Shown: positions 9,285 through 18,283 of the stretch, in pieces | Numbering within the stretch: the stretch's first letter is position 1 | Layout: each line of letters opens with the position of its first letter | Sequence record: SRR22947725_1500 | Strand: one strand, 5' to 3' | Length of the DNA stretch: 42,233 nt | Translations under genes and position numbers: made by a program | The notes under the pieces: model-generated | Told to the model about the DNA's origin: nothing | The model's input: only the letters and a program-made list of their open reading frames with translations | The model's database searches: none

Positions 9285-9847
9285 TAGATAAAAACTCCAT
9301 AAGGATCAAACACACTCTTGAGTTTTTTTTCAATTTCACTCTTTATAGGAGATTCAGTTTTACTCTTAACCTCTTTAAGATCTAATCTATTTACAACTTG
9401 TTCTGGGAGAACCTTGAAGCTGATTTGGGTAATGACAGCAAGCTTACCTAATGAGCCAACTAGAAGCCTTGAGACATCATAACCGGCTACATTTTTCATC
9501 ACCTGTCCGCCAAAATTTAGAAGATCTCCCTTGCCATTAATAATTTGAACCCCCAAAACACTGTCGGACAGATCTGAACCCAATGTTGCATAAATTGATC
9601 CAATAGTCTTTTTAGAATCACTCACATAGAATGAGAATGCCTGGCTATTTTTTTCCAGGACTTCTCTAGCTTCTTTGATGGATGTTCCTGCTTTAAGCGT
9701 AATGACGAGCTCCTCTGGAAAATATTCAACCACGCCAGAGTATGACGACATATTTAATAGCTCGTCGTCAGATTCATCACCTAAACTCGTAATTCTTAGT
9801 TGGCTAGCATTTCTTATTTTTTTTTGGAGCTCTGAAATGGAGTTCAT
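9284..9847 (-). CDS. glcE: Glycolate oxidase subunit GlcE (unusually short, 187 aa)
   Basis: YSGVVEYFPEELVITLKAGT, FGGQVMKNVAGYDVSRL and terminal FDPYGVF; lies between glcD and glcF. Confidence 0.85.
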   Translation of the reverse strand: MNSISELQKKIRNASQLRITSLGDESDDELLNMSSYSGVVEYFPEELVITLKAGTSIKEAREVLEKNSQAFSFYVSDSKKTIGSIYATLGSDLSDSVLGVQIINGKGDLLNFGGQVMKNVAGYDVSRLLVGSLGKLAVITQISFKVLPEQVVNRLDLKEVKSKTESPIKSEIEKKLKSVFDPYGVFI

Positions 9848-9849
9848 AA

Positions 9850-11280
9850 TCAGAAGCGCTCCAGTTCAGGATGAGGCAAATTACCATGATGGACATGCAT
9901 ATTGCCGAGTTCAGCGCAGCGATGAAGGGTTGGAACGGCTTTGCCAGGATTGAGGAGTGCGTGTGGATCAAAAGCAGCTTTAATTTGATGAAAAACATCT
10001 AACTCTGCCTCACTGTATTGATAACACATTGCATCCAACTTTTCTACACCAACACCGTGCTCTCCCGTGATGCTTCCTCCAGCTTCAATACAAATCTTAA
10101 GAATTTTATTTCCAAACTCTTCTGTTTTTTCTAGTTCGCCTGGAATCCCTGCATCATATAATATTAATGGATGGAGGTTACCATCACCCGCATGAAAAAC
10201 ATTTGCAACCCTCAGGTTATAGTGTCTTGATAGTTTATTAATTTTTTCAAGAACATCACCTAAGTGTCTCTTAGGAATGGTTCCATCCATACAATAGTAA
10301 TCTGGAGATATCCTTCCTACTGCTGGGAATGCGGATTTCCTTCCTTTCCATAACAGAAGTCTCTCTTCTTCGGTTTCTGAAACTCTGATTGAAGTTGCCT
10401 TTGAAAGTAGTTTTTTAACTTCATTCACATCATTATTCACAAGATCAATAGAGCCATCTAATTCACATAGAAGAAGTGCTTTTGCCTCAATGGGGTATCC
10501 TGGTTTTGCGAAGTCTTCAGCGGCCTCTATTGCAAATGCATCCATCATTTCAAGACCCGCCGGTATAACGCCATTTTTAATAATATCAGCAACCGCCTTT
10601 GCACAGTCTCTGACGCTGTCAAAACCAGCCATCACCAGTTTAGCTAGTTCAGGCTTAGGAGTGAGCTTAACTGTTATTTCAATAATAACACCTAAAAGCC
10701 CCTCTGATCCAGTCATGAGTGCCAACAATCCTAAGCCGTCATCTTGACGAGAGAATACTAACTCATCTCCATCAATCGTTAAGATTTTGAGAGACTCAAT
10801 ATTTTGTACTGTGAGTCCATACTTAAGGCAGTGAACTCCACCTGCATTTTCAGCGACATTTCCCCCAATAGTGCATGCAATTTGAGACGAGGGGTCAGGA
10901 GCATAATATAATCCGAACTCCTCAGCCGCCTCACTAATTGCCAAATTTCTAACGCCAGGCTGAACTACCGCAGTGCGAGCATTTTGATCGATAGAAATAA
11001 TGTTAGTTAATTTTGAGAGTCCCAGAACAACGCTATCCTTTAGGGGCATAGCGCCTCCTGAAAGCCCAGTTCCAGCACCTCTTGTTACGACTGGTGTATT
11101 ATTCTGACGGCAGATTTCTAGTACCTTTTTAATTTGACCGACCTCACTCGGCAAAACAACAGCCAAAGGCTCTTGTTTATAAACGCTCAGCCCATCACAT
11201 TCAAATGGCCGAGTATTTTCAGCGCCACTAATAACTGTGTGTTTTGGTAACGACTTCGTTAACTGAGAAATTATTGACAC
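9850..11280 (-). CDS. glcD: Glycolate oxidase FAD subunit
   Basis: RGAGTGLSGGA, YAPDPSSQIACTIGGNVAENAGGVHCLKYG, HAGDGNLHP, GEHGVG and C-terminal HPELERF; GTG start. Confidence 0.95.
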   Translation of the reverse strand: MSIISQLTKSLPKHTVISGAENTRPFECDGLSVYKQEPLAVVLPSEVGQIKKVLEICRQNNTPVVTRGAGTGLSGGAMPLKDSVVLGLSKLTNIISIDQNARTAVVQPGVRNLAISEAAEEFGLYYAPDPSSQIACTIGGNVAENAGGVHCLKYGLTVQNIESLKILTIDGDELVFSRQDDGLGLLALMTGSEGLLGVIIEITVKLTPKPELAKLVMAGFDSVRDCAKAVADIIKNGVIPAGLEMMDAFAIEAAEDFAKPGYPIEAKALLLCELDGSIDLVNNDVNEVKKLLSKATSIRVSETEEERLLLWKGRKSAFPAVGRISPDYYCMDGTIPKRHLGDVLEKINKLSRHYNLRVANVFHAGDGNLHPLILYDAGIPGELEKTEEFGNKILKICIEAGGSITGEHGVGVEKLDAMCYQYSEAELDVFHQIKAAFDPHALLNPGKAVPTLHRCAELGNMHVHHGNLPHPELERF

Positions 11281-11438
11281 ATCTTGCCTTCAATTGTTAT
11301 GGATATTCCTATCATAGTGAGATGAAACACATTTATTTAAAATTAAATTCAAGCGGTTATGAATTTAATTATTAATTATTATTTCAGTATCTAAGATAAT
11401 TATAAAAAAATTATATATTGTTTCTATTAGCTTTGAAG

Positions 11439-11450
11439 TGACATATGTCA
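11439..11450. promoter_or_regulatory. Perfect 12-bp palindrome, putative operator in the glcD/aminotransferase divergent region
   Basis: TGACATATGTCA, 38 nt upstream of the ATG at 11489. Confidence 0.4.
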
Positions 11451-11488
11451 GATAGATTCAAGAATGAACTAACAACCGAGATTAAAAA

Positions 11489-12598
11489 ATGAAATCATTT
11501 TCTCCGCCAAATAGATTACTTATGGGTCCAGGCCCTTCAGATGTTCACCCAAGAATTTTAAGTGCCATGGCAAGGCAGACAATTGGACACCTAGATCCTG
11601 CGTTTATAGAAATGATGGATGAAACGAAGCAGATGCTTCAGTATGCATTCATGACTGAAAACGAGCTAACTATGCCTATCTCAGCTCCAGGTTCTGCTGG
11701 CATGGAGGCGTGCTTTGTTAATTTGGTTGAACCTGGTGACAAGGTCATTGTGTGCATTAATGGTGTTTTTGGCTCTCGAATGAAAGAGAATGTCACTCGT
11801 ATTGGTGGTCATGCCATCATCGTAAACGACGAATGGGGTAAACCAGTAGACCCTCAAAAAGTTGAACAGAGCTTAATTGACAATCCTGATGCCAAAATTG
11901 TTGCCTTCGTTCATGCCGAAACTTCAACTGGCGTCCTATCAGACGCAAAGCTAATTTGTGAATTAGCAAACAATCACGGGTGCATTACAATTGTTGACGC
12001 AGTAACCTCTTTAGTGGGATCAGAATTGAGAGTGGATGATTGGGGCATAGATGCTATTTATTCGGGCTCACAAAAGTGTCTGTCTGCAATGCCTGGCCTA
12101 TCGCCTGTTAGTTTTAGTGAGAAAGCCATTCATAAAATTACACATCGAAGTACTCCTGTTAACAGTTGGTTTTTAGACCTTAACCTGGTCATGGGTTACT
12201 GGGGAAAGGGAGCAAAACGAGCCTATCACCATACAGCACCGGTCAACACCTTGTATGGACTCCATGAGTCTTTAGTCATGCTGACTGAAGAGGGACTTGA
12301 AAACTCCTGGGCGCGACATCAATCAAATCATCTTTTACTAAGAGAAGGGTTAAGTAAGCTTGGCATTCATTACCTTGTTGATGAGTCAAGTAGACTTCCA
12401 CAGCTCAACAGTGTATTTATTCCAGAAGGCACAAATGAAGCAGAAGTTCGCTCAACTCTTCTTAATGATTACAACATAGAAATCGGAGCTGGTCTAGGAG
12501 ACTTGGCTGGAAAGATATGGAGAATTGGTCTAATGGGTCACACTTCAAGGAAGAAAAATATAGACCTGTGCTTATCAGCACTTCAAAAAGCTTTATAG
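11489..12598 (+). CDS. Alanine/serine-glyoxylate aminotransferase (class V PLP, AGT1-like)
   Basis: LLMGPGPS, IGHLDP, VHAETSTG, SGSQKCL (PLP Lys), YHHTAP and WRIGLMG. Confidence 0.9.
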   Translation: MKSFSPPNRLLMGPGPSDVHPRILSAMARQTIGHLDPAFIEMMDETKQMLQYAFMTENELTMPISAPGSAGMEACFVNLVEPGDKVIVCINGVFGSRMKENVTRIGGHAIIVNDEWGKPVDPQKVEQSLIDNPDAKIVAFVHAETSTGVLSDAKLICELANNHGCITIVDAVTSLVGSELRVDDWGIDAIYSGSQKCLSAMPGLSPVSFSEKAIHKITHRSTPVNSWFLDLNLVMGYWGKGAKRAYHHTAPVNTLYGLHESLVMLTEEGLENSWARHQSNHLLLREGLSKLGIHYLVDESSRLPQLNSVFIPEGTNEAEVRSTLLNDYNIEIGAGLGDLAGKIWRIGLMGHTSRKKNIDLCLSALQKAL

Positions 12599-12609
12599 AA
12601 GGCCTGAGA

Positions 12610-12861
<252 letters not shown>

Positions 12862-12988
12862 TTAAGTATATAAATTATCACAACACCTGCGTTATGATAA
12901 AACATTTTTAATAGACATATTTTAACGTAACAGCGCTAAAATATTGAGGATTTTGGGTATCATTAATCATTTTCTTTCTAAGGTTATT

Positions 12989-13981
12989 ATGAGAAGACTT
13001 TTAGTTATCTTTACACTCCTATTTTCCACTTTTTCTATTGCAAATCTTGATGATGGAATATATGCTCACCTGACAACGAGTAAAGGTGAAATCACTGTTG
13101 AACTGGCCTATAAAAAAGCCCCACTCACTGTGACCAACTTTATTGCTCTATCTGAAGGAACCAAGGTAAGTAATAAAGAACTTGGAACACCTTTTTATGA
13201 TGGATTGGTTTTTCATAGGGTTATCGATGAATTTATGATTCAGGGCGGAGACCCAAAGGGGAATGGTACTGGCGGACCAGGATATATGTTTGCCGATGAA
13301 TTTTCAGATCTCATTCATGACAGGCCTGGTGTTCTATCGATGGCAAACTCAGGACCAAATACTAATGGATCTCAATTTTTTATCACTCATGTCCCAACGC
13401 CTTGGCTTGATGGAAAGCATAGCGTTTTTGGCTCCGTTATAATAGGAATGGATGTCGTTAATTCAGTTAAACAAGGCGACATTTTAGAAGCCGTTAGGAT
13501 CGAACGTGTGGGAGAGGAGGCCAATCAATTTGCTGCCAATGAGGATTCATTTAATGCATTAATCTCAAAAGCTAATGAAAATATATTGGCAAGCCTAAAG
13601 CTTCGTCAAAAGGACTTTGAATCCTATGTGTCTTCAACTTATCCTAGCGCAAATGAAACCGATTTGGGTTACTTCACTCGCGTCAACAAACAAGGTGATG
13701 GCGTTTCACCCAATAAGGGTCAGATCGTTTCAGTAGATATTGCCCTTAAAGCCAATACGGGTGAAGTAATGCGCGCTGCTGGAAGCCCTATTCCGTTTAT
13801 TCTTGGCAATGGTGAAATCATTAGCATTATTGAAGAGAATGCTCAAGAGATGACGATTGGAGAAGAGAGAACAGTCATTGCAACCTATGAGTCTGTATTT
13901 GGCGATGCCCCAAGTGGCAATATTCCACAAGATGCTTTTATCATTTTTGATCTTATACTTATAGCTACTGAGGACAATTAA
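12989..13981 (+). CDS. Exported peptidyl-prolyl isomerase: cyclophilin domain plus C-terminal FKBP-like domain
   Basis: ATG 12989 gives signal peptide [50 protein letters not shown] and [11 protein letters not shown]-terminal PIPFILG...[13 protein letters not shown]. Confidence 0.88.
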   Translation: MRRLLVIFTLLFSTFSIANLDDGIYAHLTTSKGEITVELAYKKAPLTVTNFIALSEGTKVSNKELGTPFYDGLVFHRVIDEFMIQGGDPKGNGTGGPGYMFADEFSDLIHDRPGVLSMANSGPNTNGSQFFITHVPTPWLDGKHSVFGSVIIGMDVVNSVKQGDILEAVRIERVGEEANQFAANEDSFNALISKANENILASLKLRQKDFESYVSSTYPSANETDLGYFTRVNKQGDGVSPNKGQIVSVDIALKANTGEVMRAAGSPIPFILGNGEIISIIEENAQEMTIGEERTVIATYESVFGDAPSGNIPQDAFIIFDLILIATEDN

Positions 13982-13983
13982 AT

Positions 13984-15069
13984 ATGTTTTTAGAGCTTTT
14001 AAGCTTTCTTGCATCCCTAGACACTGGCTTCAATGTTCTAAGCTACTTAACAGTGAGAGCAGTTTTCGCAATGATGACCGCTCTTCTCATAACCCTATTT
14101 CTAGGAAAATGGATCATATCCAAACTTCTGCAGTACCAAATAGGGCAAGTCATTCGTGATGATGGGCCTGAAACCCATTTAGAGAAAAAAGGCACCCCAA
14201 CGATGGGTGGCGTACTGATCCTTTTTGCTTTTTTTACCAGTGTTCTCATATGGGGAGATTGGCGAAACCCTTTTCTATGGATTGTGATTTCTACTGCCCT
14301 TCTGTTTGGCATTGTGGGCTTTGTTGATGACTACTTAAAAATTAAAAAACAAAACTCTGATGGCCTAAGCAGAAAACAAAAACTTTTAACTCAAACCGTT
14401 GGAACTCTATTAATCTGCCTTTGGTTGTTGAGTTTGAACTCTAAGACTATTGGCTCAGAGCTTCTGATTCCATTCTTTAAAGATCTTGTCATTCCTTTAA
14501 ATGCTATGGGGTTTTTACTTATAGGCTGGTTTGCTATTGTCGGCGGCTCCAATTCTGTGAATCTTACTGATGGTCTTGATGGGCTAGCAATTATGCCTGT
14601 GATACTTATTAGTGGTGCACTGGCAGTCTTTGCCTACATTGGTGGTAACTATAATTTTTCAGCCTATCTTAATATGCCATTTATGCCTGGGACTGGAGAA
14701 GTATTTGTTCTGTGTGCAGCACTGATTGGTGCTGGCTTTGGCTTTCTCTGGTTTAACACTTATCCAGCAGAAATTTTCATGGGAGATACTGGATCTCTGT
14801 CACTAGGCGCTATCCTGGCTATCATTGCGATCATTGTCCATCAGGAAATTCTATTGATACTGATGGGTGGCATATTTGTAGCTGAAACGCTCTCAGTTAT
14901 CATACAAATTGGCTACTTTAAGAGAACGCAAGAAAGATTTTTTTTGATGGCTCCCATTCATCATCACTTTGAAAAAAAAGGGCTTAAAGAGCCCAAGATT
15001 ATTGTGCGCTTTTGGATTGTTACATTGATCCTTGTTTTAATCAGCTTGGCAAGTATTAAGATTAGATAA
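13984..15069 (+). CDS. mraY: Phospho-N-acetylmuramoyl-pentapeptide transferase
   Basis: [30 protein letters not shown] and MAPIHHHFE; multi-TM. Confidence 0.97.
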   Translation: MFLELLSFLASLDTGFNVLSYLTVRAVFAMMTALLITLFLGKWIISKLLQYQIGQVIRDDGPETHLEKKGTPTMGGVLILFAFFTSVLIWGDWRNPFLWIVISTALLFGIVGFVDDYLKIKKQNSDGLSRKQKLLTQTVGTLLICLWLLSLNSKTIGSELLIPFFKDLVIPLNAMGFLLIGWFAIVGGSNSVNLTDGLDGLAIMPVILISGALAVFAYIGGNYNFSAYLNMPFMPGTGEVFVLCAALIGAGFGFLWFNTYPAEIFMGDTGSLSLGAILAIIAIIVHQEILLILMGGIFVAETLSVIIQIGYFKRTQERFFLMAPIHHHFEKKGLKEPKIIVRFWIVTLILVLISLASIKIR

Positions 15070-15102
15070 TTCATTAACTATTGAACTGTAAAATATATTC
15101 CT

Positions 15103-15669
15103 ATGAGCATTAAATCAGATAACTGGATTCGACGAATGTCCCTTGAAGAGGATATGATTAAGCCATTTGAGCCCAAACAAATCCGTCGAGCGAATGATCA
15201 AAAGATCATCTCATATGGTACCTCCAGCTATGGATATGATGTCAGATGCTCAACAGAATTTAAAATATTTACCAACATCAATCACAACATTGTTGACCCA
15301 AAAAATTTCAATGAGCAAAGCTTCGTTGAGGTCAACTCTGATGAATGCATTATCCCTCCCAATTCATTTGCTCTAGCAAGTACTGTTGAGTATTTCAAGA
15401 TCCCTCGCTCAACCCTGGTCATTTGTCTCGGAAAATCAACCTATGCAAGATGCGGGATCATTGTTAATGTCACTCCACTTGAGCCTGAGTGGGAGGGCCA
15501 TGTAACACTTGAATTTTCAAATACAACTCCCCTACCAGCAAAAATATATGCCAATGAGGGTGTTGCTCAGATGCTCTTTTTTGAATCAGATGAAATGTGT
15601 GAGACCTCTTACAAGGATAGAAATGGCAAATACCAAGGTCAAACCGGCGTTACCCTTCCTAAAGCTTAA
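15103..15669 (+). CDS. dcd: dCTP deaminase
   Basis: [27 protein letters not shown] and KYQGQTGV. Confidence 0.96.
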   Translation: MSIKSDNWIRRMSLEEDMIKPFEPKQIRRANDQKIISYGTSSYGYDVRCSTEFKIFTNINHNIVDPKNFNEQSFVEVNSDECIIPPNSFALASTVEYFKIPRSTLVICLGKSTYARCGIIVNVTPLEPEWEGHVTLEFSNTTPLPAKIYANEGVAQMLFFESDEMCETSYKDRNGKYQGQTGVTLPKA

Positions 15670-15674
15670 AGATA

Positions 15675-17243
15675 ATGTCTGAAGTCTCTAAACGTCGCAC
15701 CTTTGCGATTATTTCTCATCCAGATGCTGGCAAGACGACTGTCACTGAAAAACTCTTGCTTTATGGTGGCGCCATTAAAACAGCTGGAAGCGTTAAAGCC
15801 AGAAAAGCAAACACGCATGCCACGAGTGACTGGATGGAAATGGAAAAAGAAAGAGGAATATCTGTTACCTCCTCTGTCATGCAGTTCCCATATGATAATC
15901 ACGTCATTAATCTTCTAGACACTCCTGGACACGAAGATTTTTCTGAGGATACCTATAGAACACTAACAGCAGTCGACTCTGCATTAATGGTAATTGATGT
16001 TGCAAAGGGTGTTGAGCAAAGAACCATTAAATTAATGGAGGTTTGTAGACTCAGGGATACGCCAATATTAACCTTTATCAACAAGCTAGATCGCGAAGGA
16101 AAGGAGCCCATTGAGTTACTAGATGAGGTGGAGTCAGTCTTAAATATTGAGTGTTCACCAATCACTTGGCCAATTGGAATGGGCAAAGGCTTTAAGGGTG
16201 TTTATCACTTGCTAGAAGACAAAGTTTATCTTTTTGAAAGTGGAAAGAACGCAAGTATCGGTGACAATACCTTAATTGATGGAATTGATAATGCCAAGCT
16301 CGATGAATTTTTAGGTAAAGAGCTGGCACAAGAGGCCCGTGAAGAAATTGAACTCATTACAGGAACTACCAACCCCTTCGATATTAATGACTTTCTAGAA
16401 GGGAAACAAACGCCCGTTTTTTTTGGATCAGCAATCAATAATTTTGGTATTGAAAACCTTTTAGATGGCTTCATACAATACGCGCCAACCCCCCAAGAAA
16501 GAGAGAGTGATATTCGAAGCGTTCTTCCTGAAGAAAAAAAACTTACGGGTTTTGTATTTAAAATTCAAGCCAACATGGATCCCAAGCATCATGACCGCCT
16601 TGCCTTTATGAGGATCGTTAGTGGAGAGTATCAAAAAGGCATGAAGGTTCTTCAAGTCTCTAGTGGTAAACAAATTAAAATTGCCAATGCCGTAACATTT
16701 ATGTCCCGAGAGAGAAGCTCGACAGATTTAGCCTATGCTGGTGATGTGATTGGCATCCACAATCATGGAGGAATTGGAATTGGAGATACCTTTACTCAAG
16801 GTGAGAAAATTAATTTCCAAGGTATACCTAACTTTGCGCCTGAGCTCTTCAGAAGGGCTCAACTAAAAGACCCTCTCAAAGCAAAAGCCCTTCAAAAAGG
16901 CCTTGATCAGCTCTCGGAAGAAGGAGCTACTCAGGTCTTTAGACCTGTTTCAAATAGCTCTCAAATTCTAGGAGCTGTAGGAATACTTCAGTTTGATGTT
17001 GTTGCTCATAGGCTTAAATATGAGTATGGGGTTGACTGTCGATTTGAAACAATTAATGTAGCAACAGCAAGGTGGGTCAAAGGCTCTGACAAGGATATAG
17101 AGCAACTTAAAATAAAAGCTGGAAATAATATAGCCATTGATAGCGCAGGCATGCTGACATACCTTGCACCAAGTATGGTCAATCTTCAACTCACTATTGA
17201 ACGTCACCCACAATTAACTTTCAGCTCAACAAGAGAACATTAG
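15675..17243 (+). CDS. prfC: Peptide chain release factor 3
   Basis: [34 protein letters not shown] and FKIQANMDP. Confidence 0.97.
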   Translation: MSEVSKRRTFAIISHPDAGKTTVTEKLLLYGGAIKTAGSVKARKANTHATSDWMEMEKERGISVTSSVMQFPYDNHVINLLDTPGHEDFSEDTYRTLTAVDSALMVIDVAKGVEQRTIKLMEVCRLRDTPILTFINKLDREGKEPIELLDEVESVLNIECSPITWPIGMGKGFKGVYHLLEDKVYLFESGKNASIGDNTLIDGIDNAKLDEFLGKELAQEAREEIELITGTTNPFDINDFLEGKQTPVFFGSAINNFGIENLLDGFIQYAPTPQERESDIRSVLPEEKKLTGFVFKIQANMDPKHHDRLAFMRIVSGEYQKGMKVLQVSSGKQIKIANAVTFMSRERSSTDLAYAGDVIGIHNHGGIGIGDTFTQGEKINFQGIPNFAPELFRRAQLKDPLKAKALQKGLDQLSEEGATQVFRPVSNSSQILGAVGILQFDVVAHRLKYEYGVDCRFETINVATARWVKGSDKDIEQLKIKAGNNIAIDSAGMLTYLAPSMVNLQLTIERHPQLTFSSTREH

Positions 17244-18283
17244 TCAATAACTGCCTCAAGGGGCTGAACAACTTCGGCAATATCCTTCTTATTTAAATAA
17301 CCAACATCAGCTCCACTAGAATCTTGAACTACACAACAATCTGCATTTTGTCTAAGCATTTCACATAAAACAGAATCAACTGAATCCATTTCATTCACTT
17401 TAATGTTAGAAGAGCCCTTTGCTGGTTTTTCACTTGTCATTACTGACTTTGCATGAAGTACATGGGAACGGTTAACTTTTTTAACAAAATCCCTTACATA
17501 GTCATCAGCTGGTGTCATTAAAATATCTTGTGAGGTGCCATGCTGAACTAGCTCTCCACCATTAAGGATAGCAATTCGATCTCCTATTTTGAGCGCCTCA
17601 TCAAGATCATGAGTAATAAAAATAATGGTCTTATGGAGCTCTTGTTGGAGTTCTAAAAGTAAATCTTGCATATCACTTCTAATGAGTGGATCAAGTGCAC
17701 TGAATGCTTCATCCATCATTAATATTTCGGTATCACAAGTTAAAGCTCTAGCCAAACCAACACGCTGCTGCATTCCACCTGACAATTGGGATGGGTAACG
17801 GTCCTCATAACCAGATAATCCGACTCGATCAATCCATTTTTTTGCTCTTGTAATAGCGTCATCCCCTTTTACACCCTGCAAATGAACACCAAGGCATACA
17901 TTATCCATAATTGTCTTATGCGGGAGAAGAGCAAAGCTTTGAAATACCATGGCAGTTTTTTGCTGTCTAAACAATCGAAGGTTCTCAAGTGGCATCTTTA
18001 TAACATCCTCACCGTCTATTTCAATAGAGCCAGCTGTAGGTTCAATTAAACGATTAATGTGCCTGATCAGGGTAGATTTTCCAGAACCTGAAAGGCCCAT
18101 AATTACCTCGATATTTTTGTTCGCTAGTTCAAGATTAATATTACTTAAACCAAGAACATGCTTATGCTCCTTAAGAAGATCATCTTTGGACATTCCGTTA
18201 TCAACATACTGAAGGACGGAGTTAGCTTTTGGACCAAAAATCTTAGTGAGATTAGAAATCTTTACTTTTATATCTTTCGTCAT
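17240..18283 (-). CDS. proV: Glycine betaine/proline (quaternary amine) ABC transporter ATPase, ProV/OpuAA-like
   Basis: [37 protein letters not shown] and ITHDLDEA; short CBS-like C-terminus. Confidence 0.88.
   Translation of the reverse strand: MTKDIKVKISNLTKIFGPKANSVLQYVDNGMSKDDLLKEHKHVLGLSNINLELANKNIEVIMGLSGSGKSTLIRHINRLIEPTAGSIEIDGEDVIKMPLENLRLFRQQKTAMVFQSFALLPHKTIMDNVCLGVHLQGVKGDDAITRAKKWIDRVGLSGYEDRYPSQLSGGMQQRVGLARALTCDTEILMMDEAFSALDPLIRSDMQDLLLELQQELHKTIIFITHDLDEALKIGDRIAILNGGELVQHGTSQDILMTPADDYVRDFVKKVNRSHVLHAKSVMTSEKPAKGSSNIKVNEMDSVDSVLCEMLRQNADCCVVQDSSGADVGYLNKKDIAEVVQPLEAVID

Noticed and set aside
12944-12988. Upstream TTG start for the PPIase
   Set aside because: ATG at 12989 yields a clean signal peptide.
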